A DNA stretch of 64,000 nt from Naegleria gruberi (lineage: Eukaryota): the NCBI GenBank assembly GCA_000004985.1, contig GG738862.1, one strand, 5' to 3'. The notes under the pieces were generated by a model that was not told the DNA's origin, made no database searches, and worked only from the letters and a program-made list of their open reading frames with translations. Made by a program: the position numbers and the translations under genes. How positions within the stretch are numbered: position 1 is the first letter of the stretch; each line of letters starts with the position of its first letter. Below are positions 30,699-40,231 of the stretch, piece by piece.

Positions 30699-33218
30699 AT
30701 GACACAAATATATCCATACGATATTGTAAGTTCAAGCTCTTCTCAACAAACTAATATCTGTAAGAAACAAGACGAAACATCAGACATAAACTCTGCAGAA
30801 ACAGATGAAAAGGAAAAGTTAATGACAAAGAAACCCATCCCTTGTATGAGATTCATATCCATGCGAGTGTTTATCACCCTTCTAATTGTTATCCTATTGA
30901 TTACATGTTCAATATTTATTTGGTTAGCTTCGTTTGTAGGATCAACAAATGCTCTTCAAGAAATGACAAAAGAATTGATAGGAAAGGTGGGTGAGAAAAC
31001 CATTTCTTATATCCAATTAGAAATTGAACCACAAATGAGGTTGTCAATGAGCTTGGCAGCAGACATTAGTTTTGGAGTTATTGGAGAGAAGCCGAAACCT
31101 GTTTATTTGTATGAGAAATACAAGATTTTCGAGTCTTCTGGGTTGGGAGTTTTCTATCCTAAGGAGATGTATACCTATTCATTGTCTGGTATTTCACCAA
31201 ATTCGTTGTTGACCTATTTAGAGAAACAAAACGCTGGATTAATCTTTTGGAATGTTAACGAAACTGATGGAAGTCCAACAACAGTGCATAAAAACGATTC
31301 TACAACGTATGAAATAACGTCTCAACACTATTGGAAGAGAAGCTTGGAATTATTCAATGAATTGAATGAAAATTCCATTGTTGGTGAGCCATATTTGGTT
31401 ATCAACTCTGGATTGGCGATATTTTGCTCAACCAAGGTTTACAATTCTACGTTGTTTGCTCTAAGTGGTCAGAAACAATATATTGGAATTGCCAAATCAA
31501 ACATGATGTTAAATTCCATTCAAGAATTTTTACAAAAGTTAACCATAATTGGTAATGGATATGTTATTTTGGCAGAATTGAATGACAGTGTGATTGGTGC
31601 ATCTATTAATTCAACATCTATCGATGGGAAGTCAAGAGTTTCATTATTCGAGTTAATAGATAAAGATTCTGGACAACTGATGAACGATATTCGTTCCCAA
31701 TATGGAAATCTTTCAGAAATTCCATCCTTCATTCAGATATATAGCAATGGGATAGGGTACTATGTATCAAAGAAAGATTACATATATAAGAACATTCATT
31801 GGATTCTCTATATGGTTGTTTACAAGTCAGATGTCGATCAAACCACAAATATTAATTCTGGAATTTCTGTTGGTGTAGCAGTGGTAGTTATCCTATTCGG
31901 AGTGGCTTGTAGTTTTATTATTGGTCATTTGGTTACCAATCCTCTTAGATTTCTAGAAAATCAATTCATGAGAATCAAAACTTTTGACTTAAAGTCATGT
32001 TCTTTCAATTCAAGCAAATTCAAAGAAGTTGACAGTATTTATGAGCACCTATTCGACATGGTTACTTGGTTGAACGAATTCAAATCATTTCTTCCAGAAA
32101 ATGTGTTTAACCAATTGAAGAATTTCGAACAAGTTGAACGGAAATCTTCTCTATTCGAAAAGAAGGAATCATTTTCCAGAAATTCATCAGAATTTGGATC
32201 TTCCAAGGTTGACAAACCGAATACTCTTCAAAACTCATCTGATTCCTCTTTGAAAGCTTCCAAAGTCATTTCTGGAAGTTTATTCAAATTAGGGTTAAAC
32301 CATTCCAGATGTAGCGTTGTAAATGTCAAGCTATTTGGTTTCAATGAACAGGTTTCGACAAATGAAATTTCGAATATATTTTCCAAGATCGCTAATGGAC
32401 TTTCAACTCTTTGCAAAACCATGCAAGTCTCGGATTTACTCATTTTTGGAATAGACGAATACCAACTCACTTTCGTCGATTCCAATAAGAAATGTGAAAT
32501 GGCTTCCATTGAGGCAAGCTTAAAAATTAGCAAAATTCTAGATAATATTCTTGGAAAATCAGAGAAAAAAGTTAGTTATTGCATTGGAATTTTTACTGAC
32601 ATGGCGTACATTGGAAATATTGGAAACCATTCTTTACGTTGCTATTCTGTGGTTGGTCCAATTGTTTCAAATGCTAGAAAATTGGCAATTTTTGGGCATA
32701 CTCTTGATTGTAAAGTTTTGGTGGATAGTGGAACGTTATCACCTGTAGTAATAAGTCAATTTGTGATTAGACCAATTGACCGAATCGAAATGGAAGTTTT
32801 CAATTCGAAAACTAAACAGATTATTTCAGTTCATGAAGTATTGAGGGAAAATTTGGTCAATCCTGATGAATGGCTTTATGAATTGGAACAATCGAATAGT
32901 AATTCACAATTTAAAGTTTTACAAAATTCTTTCGTTTCGATATTTGAAGTGGAAACAGAAGAATCAAACTTTGTAGAGAAAGTCAGAGAAACAAGACGAA
33001 TCTTTCAAAGATACATTGATGAAAATCCTTCAGACATCTTGGCTTTCAATCGTTTGATTTATGTACTCAACTTTCTTCTAGATTATTCTGATGATTCGAA
33101 TGCTTCTCTTTTTGAATTGTTGAAAAATTACAAAACAGCACTCCACAGATCAGTCCAAACTCTTTCTCACCATAATTGTGAAGATGTTGAAATAACTCAT
33201 ATAAATTTTAAAGGTTAG
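30699..33218 (+). CDS. receptor-type class III adenylate/guanylate cyclase homologue (2 TM helices flanking an extracellular domain; C-terminal cyclase-homology domain)
   Basis: ATG at 30699, single 839-aa ORF.
- TM1 VFITLLIVILLITCSIFIWLASFV.
- About 300 aa extracellular region.
- TM2 ISVGVAVVVILFGVACSFIIGHLV.
- Cyclase-homology region VVNVKLFGFNEQV...LLIFGIDEYQLTFVD...YCIGIFTDMAYIGNIGNHSLRCYSVVGPIVSNARKLAIFG matches the class III core (RIGIHTGPVVAGVIG...Y.VWGDTVNLASRMES). Confidence 0.6.
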   Translation: MTQIYPYDIVSSSSSQQTNICKKQDETSDINSAETDEKEKLMTKKPIPCMRFISMRVFITLLIVILLITCSIFIWLASFVGSTNALQEMTKELIGKVGEKTISYIQLEIEPQMRLSMSLAADISFGVIGEKPKPVYLYEKYKIFESSGLGVFYPKEMYTYSLSGISPNSLLTYLEKQNAGLIFWNVNETDGSPTTVHKNDSTTYEITSQHYWKRSLELFNELNENSIVGEPYLVINSGLAIFCSTKVYNSTLFALSGQKQYIGIAKSNMMLNSIQEFLQKLTIIGNGYVILAELNDSVIGASINSTSIDGKSRVSLFELIDKDSGQLMNDIRSQYGNLSEIPSFIQIYSNGIGYYVSKKDYIYKNIHWILYMVVYKSDVDQTTNINSGISVGVAVVVILFGVACSFIIGHLVTNPLRFLENQFMRIKTFDLKSCSFNSSKFKEVDSIYEHLFDMVTWLNEFKSFLPENVFNQLKNFEQVERKSSLFEKKESFSRNSSEFGSSKVDKPNTLQNSSDSSLKASKVISGSLFKLGLNHSRCSVVNVKLFGFNEQVSTNEISNIFSKIANGLSTLCKTMQVSDLLIFGIDEYQLTFVDSNKKCEMASIEASLKISKILDNILGKSEKKVSYCIGIFTDMAYIGNIGNHSLRCYSVVGPIVSNARKLAIFGHTLDCKVLVDSGTLSPVVISQFVIRPIDRIEMEVFNSKTKQIISVHEVLRENLVNPDEWLYELEQSNSNSQFKVLQNSFVSIFEVETEESNFVEKVRETRRIFQRYIDENPSDILAFNRLIYVLNFLLDYSDDSNASLFELLKNYKTALHRSVQTLSHHNCEDVEITHINFKG

Positions 33219-33378
33219 TTTTTTTATTAGAAACATTAATTAATTCACTTCATTGAAGATCACTCAAAAGTTAATTATTAGAAAGGTTTTGAATCAGACT
33301 AATACAATTCCATCTTCAATGTAATCAACACTTTTCACATTTTCATTTTGGAATAACAAAATTAAAAATTGCTAGATT

Positions 33379-34398
33379 TTATTTCCTTTTTTTGGAATTG
33401 ACAAGATCATTTCCAAACGAGTCAATCATATATTTTTGAATTTCTTCATCGCTTTGTAATTCTTTTGATAGAAATCGAAATACCAAACGTTCCTTCCTGA
33501 CAGCTGTCAGAGCTATTTCTCTATCATTATTAAGGTGGATATCTAGCTGTTGGGTTGAATATTCATTAGGAAAAACTGCTTTCAACACTATTTCCTTATC
33601 CGCTTTAAGATTGTCACTCAAATGTCTTAGAAATTCCAAATTTAAATCATCATTAGATTTAGCAATAATTTTTAAAACGAAATCCTTATCTGATCTTAAT
33701 TCACTTGGAAAGAATTCAAAAGCTTTTGAATCTGCTTCAAATAAATCACTCACAAAATCCTTGTCACTGGTCAAATCAGAAGAAATATATTCAAGAACTA
33801 GTCCAATATCACCAAAACTTCTAGCAAGTAATAATACAAATTCTCTATCTGCTCTCAATTCACTGGAAGCATATTTAAACTGTAAATAATCTTTTTCAAA
33901 AGCTGCCATCACAACTTCCTTGTCATTTCTTAATCTGTTCGAGACAGCTCGCAACGGTTGACGTTTTTCTTTGAAATGAATTGAGAAAATTGCGAGAACA
34001 GCTGGTTTATGATCCCATAAATCGAATATAGAAACCATTTTTAGAATTGGGTTTTCAGTTGCATTGTGTTTGAAATTGGAATTGATCAAGTTGACTAAAA
34101 GTTTTGTAATTTGATTTCTGTTCCTTACAAGATCAAATCCTATAATGTTTAGGTGGTTTTTACCTCCCAAGAGGGAGAAACCTTGCATGGTATGTACAAT
34201 TAAAGTCACTTCATATTTCTTTGGCTTGCCAGATAATTTACGAAACAACATTTCGGATTTAATATTCGAATCCAGGATTAAAATGACAAGAAACCCACCA
34301 GTTAAATTATCAATATTCGACAGCATGGGTTGGTTGTCCTGATGTTGAATTATTTTTTTAAACTGGAAATTGAACAAAACATTGTTAAATAAATTCAT
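33379..34398 (-). CDS. DUF4116-repeat protein
   Basis: ATG at 34398-34396, 339 aa. Contains at least 5 tandem ~35-aa units of the form D(K/R)E(F/I)VLxxxxxxxxxLxxxSxELRxD (for example DKEVVMAAFEKDYLQFKYASSELRADREFVLLLAR; DKDFVLKIIAKSNDDLNLEFLRHLSDNLKADKEIVLKAV). Confidence 0.55.
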   Translation of the reverse strand: MNLFNNVLFNFQFKKIIQHQDNQPMLSNIDNLTGGFLVILILDSNIKSEMLFRKLSGKPKKYEVTLIVHTMQGFSLLGGKNHLNIIGFDLVRNRNQITKLLVNLINSNFKHNATENPILKMVSIFDLWDHKPAVLAIFSIHFKEKRQPLRAVSNRLRNDKEVVMAAFEKDYLQFKYASSELRADREFVLLLARSFGDIGLVLEYISSDLTSDKDFVSDLFEADSKAFEFFPSELRSDKDFVLKIIAKSNDDLNLEFLRHLSDNLKADKEIVLKAVFPNEYSTQQLDIHLNNDREIALTAVRKERLVFRFLSKELQSDEEIQKYMIDSFGNDLVNSKKRK

Positions 34399-34600
34399 TT
34401 GTAAAAAAGGAACAAATTTGAAATTCCACTCGTGTTGCCTAACAACTATTTGGGATTCATCTGAAAATTTATCTGGAGAAATAATGAGTTAACTTCATGT
34501 TAAAATTCTATTCTTCGAACAGCTCTATTAGAAAGTTGATACCATCTGTTCTTTTGAACTTGCACTTGCAGATATAATTAACTTTGAATCGAATAAAAAA

Positions 34601-35062
34601 ATGACTAAAAAGAAACAAGCTACTCCCACACCAACCACTTTTGCACCTCCCCAATTAAACGATTTTCTAATTCATAATTTTTGTATCGGAAGAGAAACCA
34701 CATCAAATGGTGCTTTAAAGTTAATCAGCTACGGAGATTGGGGATTAGCAATTTACCGAACTCCGATTGGTGTAAAATTTGGAGTTCATTCATCAGAGGA
34801 TTTTATTACTCAATTCTTGAATGAAGATTATTTGAGAGAGGACGAAAGAGAAGTATACGAAAGTATCGACCTAATGAGTATGTTAGAAATAATGCCAATT
34901 GAATTGGAAGAATTGAAATCTGCCAAATCAAAGATTAAAACATTTGAAGGTTTACCAGAAAAGTTTGGGAAATGCATTAGAACTTGTTGTAATGGAAATA
35001 ACAAATGTTTTGTTGGAATTGCAAATGCACATGTTTACTGTTTTGATTATGGAACTTCTTAA
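34601..35062 (+). CDS. hypothetical protein (153 aa)
   Basis: ATG at 34601, single ORF. Pro/Thr-rich N-terminus and Cys-rich C-terminus (CIRTCCNGNNKCFVG). No recognised domain. Confidence 0.4.
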   Translation: MTKKKQATPTPTTFAPPQLNDFLIHNFCIGRETTSNGALKLISYGDWGLAIYRTPIGVKFGVHSSEDFITQFLNEDYLREDEREVYESIDLMSMLEIMPIELEELKSAKSKIKTFEGLPEKFGKCIRTCCNGNNKCFVGIANAHVYCFDYGTS

Positions 35063-35199
35063 ATATTTGTATGAAATTGATGAATAAATTGTAAAGTGCC
35101 TAGTTAACTTATTGATTGTACCCGCCGTGCTATGTTTGTGTTATTCTAAAGATAGATTTACTTCATATTGTTGAAGAGTGAAAGATTAAGGAAGTGAAT

Positions 35200-35318
35200 G
35201 GCTACGGCCATATCACGATGAATGCACCTCATCCCGTCCGATTTGAGAAGTTAAGCATCGTCGAGCCACATCAGTACTGAGGTTGGAGACAACTTGGGAA
35301 CCTGTGGTGCTGTAGTCT
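35200..35318 (+). rRNA. 5S: 5S ribosomal RNA gene (copy 2)
   Basis: GGCTACGGCCATATCACGATGAATGCACC...CTGTGGTGCTGTAGTC followed by TTTTT. Preceded by the conserved block ttgaagagtgaaagattaaggaagtgaat. Confidence 0.9.
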
Positions 35319-35946
35319 TTTTATCTTTTCTTTTACCACAGACTTGCTCCCAATCTTGAGCTTTTGGAATTTTGATGTAGCTTCAGGTTTGCCTTGTATT
35401 GGTTTCAGTTGGCATTGGATCTTCACCGCAGCAAAATTCCAACACACACAAAATTTCTATTATTTAACAGAGCGAGAAATCATACCAGATGATCCTCACA
35501 GGAAAAAATTGAGAAGGAGGGCAACAACCACTTTGATTATTGACCAAATTCTGGCTACTCATCCTCTGAGTGCAAGGAGGAGAGTTTCCAGATTCACAGT
35601 TCAGTCTGCATGATCACTGAAATGTCCTTCAAGGTAAGTATGAAGAAAGAAAAGAGTGTAAATTCGAACAAATCTTATAAGCCTTTCTAGATGTATGGTT
35701 TTTGAGAACTGAATTATGGTCGTTGTTTGTTATTTTATGATTTAACTTCTCTGAGATAGTTGAACATGAAGTAAACACAGAGTTGATAAATTACATTGAA
35801 ATTTAAGTAGGACGTGTATTGAACAAAAGTTCAACGTAGAAAATAAGGGGTCAAAAAAACTCAACTGTGTGCTTTATTGAATATTTACATTTTGATTTTA
35901 TTTACAATGAATGCCTAGGTTTACAAAATTTTGAGTTAAATGGAGA

Positions 35947-36156
35947 TTACCACATTTTGAATTGTTTGTTTCTCATTTCTAAAGTATTATGTGATTGAGA
36001 TTTAGAAGTTTTGCTTGTTTCAATAGAATTCAATGTTTTGTAATCAATTAAATTTCTTCTTCTTGTTCCACCAACAATATTATCCAGAGAAATTTCGGAA
36101 TTAAATTGTGAAGTATTATTGGAGGAATTATACATATTTCTTCTTGTTGAGACCAT
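35947..36156 (-). CDS. small basic Ser/Asn-rich protein (69 aa), paralogue of 36355..36651
   Basis: ATG at 36156-36154. Shares the motif NIVGGTRRRNLIDYKTLN with NIISGTRHRNNIDYHHANLN in the divergently oriented neighbour. Confidence 0.3.
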   Translation of the reverse strand: MVSTRRNMYNSSNNTSQFNSEISLDNIVGGTRRRNLIDYKTLNSIETSKTSKSQSHNTLEMRNKQFKMW

Positions 36157-36354
36157 TTTCTTATTGTTATTTTCTTTTGTTGGTTTTCATTAAATTTCTT
36201 TCATCAAAATATTAAATTCTTGTGATGAATGGAAAATCCACTAAAAATCGGAATCACAAAATTAGTGGAAATCATCATGGAAATAAATAGATAATTGTTT
36301 TGGATGATGATATTTCCACAACAAAATAACTAAATAACAAAAACTAAGAGCAAA

Positions 36355-36651
36355 ATGCCAGCTAGAAATACTTCATCAAATTCTTCAAATTCTTCCGGAG
36401 ATAGAATTCCAACAAAAACAGAATGGACAAGATCAAAACCAATTGATTTATCTAAAAGATTACCATTATTTGATATTGATACATCTAATATTATAAGTGG
36501 AACAAGACATCGTAATAATATTGATTATCATCATGCAAATTTAAATGGTAAACAAATTTCAGTGAAAAGATCTTCGAAAAATTCAATTGAAAAGAGAGCT
36601 AAACAATCAAACACCACAAATAAGAAGATTACCAAATCGAAAAAGATGTAA
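36355..36651 (+). CDS. small basic Ser/Asn/Lys-rich protein (98 aa), paralogue of 35947..36156
   Basis: ATG at 36355. Oriented head-to-head with its paralogue across a 198-bp spacer. Confidence 0.35.
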   Translation: MPARNTSSNSSNSSGDRIPTKTEWTRSKPIDLSKRLPLFDIDTSNIISGTRHRNNIDYHHANLNGKQISVKRSSKNSIEKRAKQSNTTNKKITKSKKM

Positions 36652-37263
36652 ATTACAACTTGTAAATAATTCAGTAAATTGTAATTTGTAAATAAAATGT
36701 TTGAAATTTATGAAGTTTCAATTTCGAATTGATAAGAATAAGAGAAACCAAAATTTGCATCAAGCAATTCAACATGTGGAATGTTCAATAAATACGAAGG
36801 TGATCAACCCTACCAATTTCTTCAACAAACCTTACTGAACCAACAAGATTCGTCTAGTTGCCTTCACTGTTCATACAGTCAAAGACTGTAGCGGGATTGT
36901 CGCCATATTCCTGGCAGGCTTCCCGTCCAAAATTAATAATTGAAATTTCTCTATTAACACAGCTTCTAAGTAGCGATCTTTTATTTGGAGGCATGGTTGT
37001 TGTCTACAATCAACTTTGGGTGGTAATACCACATTGTCAGTTAGTGTTGGTGGTTCAGGAATTGTTAAAGTTATTGATAACTATAAGGATATTGTTCATC
37101 CAATATGATCAAACTCCATTGAAATAGTTAATAATTTAGTTGCAAATTAGATATTTGTTATAAACCTTTTATAATCTCAGGTTTCCAATAAAAAACAAAG
37201 TCCATATGTTGATTAATGATTTTTAATAGCATCTCAATAAAAATCAATAAAACATGCAATAAA

Positions 37264-37378
37264 AGACTACAGCACCACAGGTTCCCACTATCCCTTTTGT
37301 TCAGTTTATTAAGGTAATTGATGGCTATGGCCATATCACGATGAATGCACCTCATCCCGTCCGATTTGAGAAGTTAAA
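37264..37378. pseudogene. rearranged / truncated 5S rRNA pseudogene (two fragments in opposite orientation)
   Basis: Positions 37264-37287 (AGACTACAGCACCACAGGTTCCCA) are the antisense 3' end of 5S. Positions 37323-37378 (GGCTATGGCCATATCACGATGAATGCACCTCATCCCGTCCGATTTGAGAAGTTAA) are the sense 5' 56 nt, with a C-to-T change and truncation. Confidence 0.65.
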
Positions 37379-37539
37379 AGGCAAACAATAATTTTTCAAT
37401 CTTTGGAAATTCAATTTAATAGTTCTACCACTGAATCGATTATTTGAAAAGTTACTTTGAGGTTTTCTGAATAGGTTTTTGATAATGATTCCTTTTTTTT
37501 CAAATCCAATAGCAACAAAGTATGAATGATTTTTGACTC

Positions 37540-38622
37540 TTATTTGGTTTCTGTTAAATTCCTGTAAGCCCATCTCACAATGGCATTTACAACATTACTA
37601 TCGATTCCTTGTATTTGTTTACATGCATGTTCAATTTTTTCTTCTTTTTCTCCTTTAAAGGATATTAAGGCATCCACAACATTTTCCAAATCATATCCAC
37701 AAACCATTTTTGACTGAAGGTCTTCCTCATTGATCCCAACTCCTACATCATAGTCTATCAAAACCATTCTCATTTGTTCCCTTCTCCACGATTTTGGTTT
37801 GCTTTTATCAAGTTTGAATTCAGAAATTTCTAAAAAACTTGTTGCCCTTTGCAAAGTCCCCTCAACTTTGGTTTGCTCTTCTAGTTGTAATTTCATTAAT
37901 TGTAATTTTGACTCAAGACTTGCAACCCTTATTGATGTGTTGTTTTGGGCACGCTCTTTTCGTTTTCGTTTCGTTTTTGTATATTTAAATTCTTTGCTTG
38001 ATTCAGAAAGACCCTCTGAAGAGGAGGTTAGTGGTTCTGAAAGATAGTCTAGGAGTGCTTCAACATTTGAAGTATATCTTTTAATGGCTTCCCAAGATGA
38101 ATGCCTTGAAATATTGCCCTTACCACCCCAAATTCTTTTATAAAACGAAAGAGGTTTATCATTACAGGAATGGATCTGTTCAATACTTGGTATAGTAATT
38201 ACATCTTCTGTTAATGTGACAGAATTATCCTGTCTGCTTTCTTTGACAATGTTAAATCTGTGATGACCAAAGGTTGCAGGTTCTTTGACACAGAATTCAA
38301 TGGGGTAATCAGCTATCCAGCTATTATACAACAACATTAAAAAGGTTTTAATCTTTCTCCTGCTCCTCGAAAAGCATAATACTTTGATAAACGAAGAGGC
38401 ATCTTGTATTTGAGTTGATGGTGGTGAACAATAAATTCTCGACACCTCACCATAAACATCCGCATGCACAGCTAGTGCTCTAATATATCTCTTAACCTGT
38501 GTTTCCCGAGGAATATGTATAAAAAACGACAAGTGGGTTGGCAATTTATCTATTGCTTCTGTCAATGAAACAAGCGCTTCATTTCCGTTCTCCTCTGTAA
38601 TGGTAACATATTGTTCACTCAT
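37540..38622 (-). CDS. hypothetical protein (~360 aa from first ATG)
   Basis: ORF 37540..38715 has a TTG track start. The first in-frame ATG is at 38622 (MSEQYVTITEENG...). Central KR-rich segment (KTKRKRKERAQ), then a helical C-terminus. No recognised domain. Confidence 0.45.
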   Translation of the reverse strand: MSEQYVTITEENGNEALVSLTEAIDKLPTHLSFFIHIPRETQVKRYIRALAVHADVYGEVSRIYCSPPSTQIQDASSFIKVLCFSRSRRKIKTFLMLLYNSWIADYPIEFCVKEPATFGHHRFNIVKESRQDNSVTLTEDVITIPSIEQIHSCNDKPLSFYKRIWGGKGNISRHSSWEAIKRYTSNVEALLDYLSEPLTSSSEGLSESSKEFKYTKTKRKRKERAQNNTSIRVASLESKLQLMKLQLEEQTKVEGTLQRATSFLEISEFKLDKSKPKSWRREQMRMVLIDYDVGVGINEEDLQSKMVCGYDLENVVDALISFKGEKEEKIEHACKQIQGIDSNVVNAIVRWAYRNLTETK

Positions 38623-39244
38623 TTTCTGTAGTTTTGGATTAATTAGATAAAATGGCGGTAAACTTGTTTGGCATTTTTTTACAAATGAAAGTTTGTTAAG
38701 CTTAAGGTTTTGCAATTCGTAAAATAGAGTTTGGTTAAGGTCTGACTTTTGCTAAATTCACTGCATAATAGCCTATATTTTCAGTAAGGAAATTTACTTT
38801 ATTCTACTCTTCCAAATATTCTATCTTCCCAATCATTAAATAAATTCTCCTTCATCGTAATCACCTAGTCTAGGATGAACCACAAGTGAAAAATCACCAC
38901 AATGATTTCCGTCCACCTGAATTCTCTTTTGAAGTACTTTCCTCACATAAATTGGGGTGATAATTCAAATAATTGGAAACTTTTGATGATCCACCAATTA
39001 CGAAAACGAATGGTAGAGGAGCAATTAATATTTACAGATTGGAGCTCTTAATTCCCCCTTATCAAAAACATGGTGAATTATCCTTCTCTCTGAATGATAC
39101 CATTCAAGTTAATTCTTCATATAATTCAAATTGTTGCTATCATCATTATATTGGTCATAAGGTTCTGGTCTTTTTTTCATCAGCTGAGATTTTGATTAAG
39201 GGGAGATTCCTCAAATCAGCAAACAAATTAAACTCTCAAAAAAA

Positions 39245-40231
39245 ATGCGACCTCTCTTTTCCATTCGCTCTGACATTGTTCGGCACTTTTCTTCTGCTAT
39301 CCGACCTTTCTTTAATTCGGCAGAAAAACTGTTCAGAGAAATAATGAAACCACATTTAACCTTTGAAGAATGCGCAAGTCTGTATGCGAATACGAACACA
39401 AAATCAATGAGTCTTGCAACCCTTATGATTACTTTGTGCTCTAAGCATAAACGGTCCGAAGTGGAAAGAAGGAAATATATTGATGAATTGAAAAATATTA
39501 TTCATCATTTTGATGAAGGCTCTGCCACTATTAGAACCATTGATATTGCCATTTCTACATTAGTGCATGAAGAAGGCTATGATGAAGTTGTAACTCTTGT
39601 TAGAAAACTTGGAAATTCATCACTTGCTTCTCTGAAGAGTTTTAGATTGGATCAAATCTTAAAAGTTCTCTCAAGTTATCCGAATGATTTTGAATTGGAT
39701 ATTGCCAAACATATATTTTCTGTTTTACTTGAAAGAAAACAAGTCAGTTTATACGCCTACAATTACTATGCACAGTGTTTGTTTAAATATAATTTTGAAG
39801 AGGGGATGACATTATTACATGAAATGAATGCTCAAAAAATCAAAATTTTTGATAATCTGTTTATTTCCTCATTGACTTTCTCTTTAAAGAAAAACAAACA
39901 AAAAGAAAGTAGAATGATTTGCTCAATGATTGAACATTCCAAAACTACCAACAAAGTGCTATTAACCACAATGGTGAATTTTTATAACAAATGTGAAGAC
40001 TATGATAAGGCAATTGAAATTACTAGAAACGTTAGCAGTGATGGATTGGATACAACTTCATATAATTGTTTAATTCAATCCTATATTGGAAAAAGTGATT
40101 TAAATAGAGCAATAGAGATGCTTGCTGAAATGCAACAGCAAAATATTTCACCCGACTCGGCCACATTTACAATTATTTTAACTGCTTGTGCTGACAGTAA
40201 GAATTACGAACAAGGGTTGAAAGTACTTTAG
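39245..40231 (+). CDS. pentatricopeptide-repeat (PPR) protein, N-terminal segment (ends at an in-frame stop inside a tandem repeat unit)
   Basis: ATG at 39245. The N-terminus is R/S-rich (presequence-like), followed by PPR-like helical repeats (MVNFYNKCEDYDKAIEITRNV...SYNCLIQSYIGKSDLNRAIEMLAEMQQQNISPDSATFTIILTACAD). Confidence 0.55.
   Translation: MRPLFSIRSDIVRHFSSAIRPFFNSAEKLFREIMKPHLTFEECASLYANTNTKSMSLATLMITLCSKHKRSEVERRKYIDELKNIIHHFDEGSATIRTIDIAISTLVHEEGYDEVVTLVRKLGNSSLASLKSFRLDQILKVLSSYPNDFELDIAKHIFSVLLERKQVSLYAYNYYAQCLFKYNFEEGMTLLHEMNAQKIKIFDNLFISSLTFSLKKNKQKESRMICSMIEHSKTTNKVLLTTMVNFYNKCEDYDKAIEITRNVSSDGLDTTSYNCLIQSYIGKSDLNRAIEMLAEMQQQNISPDSATFTIILTACADSKNYEQGLKVL

Noticed and set aside
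30715-30735. GTAAGT hexamer inside the cyclase ORF (gat att GTA AGT tca)
   Set aside because: It is in-frame coding for ...DIVSSSS..., and there is no downstream acceptor that would improve the protein. It is treated as coding, not an intron.
35344-35613. 89-aa ORF immediately downstream of 5S copy 2
   Set aside because: It starts within or right after the 5S terminator region, has no support from motifs, and is probably spurious.
37158-37573. Short minus-strand ORFs 37158..37355 and 37352..37573 overlapping the 5S pseudogene
   Set aside because: They overlap 5S-derived sequence and AT-rich spacer, have no motifs and have tandem out-of-frame starts. They are likely noise.
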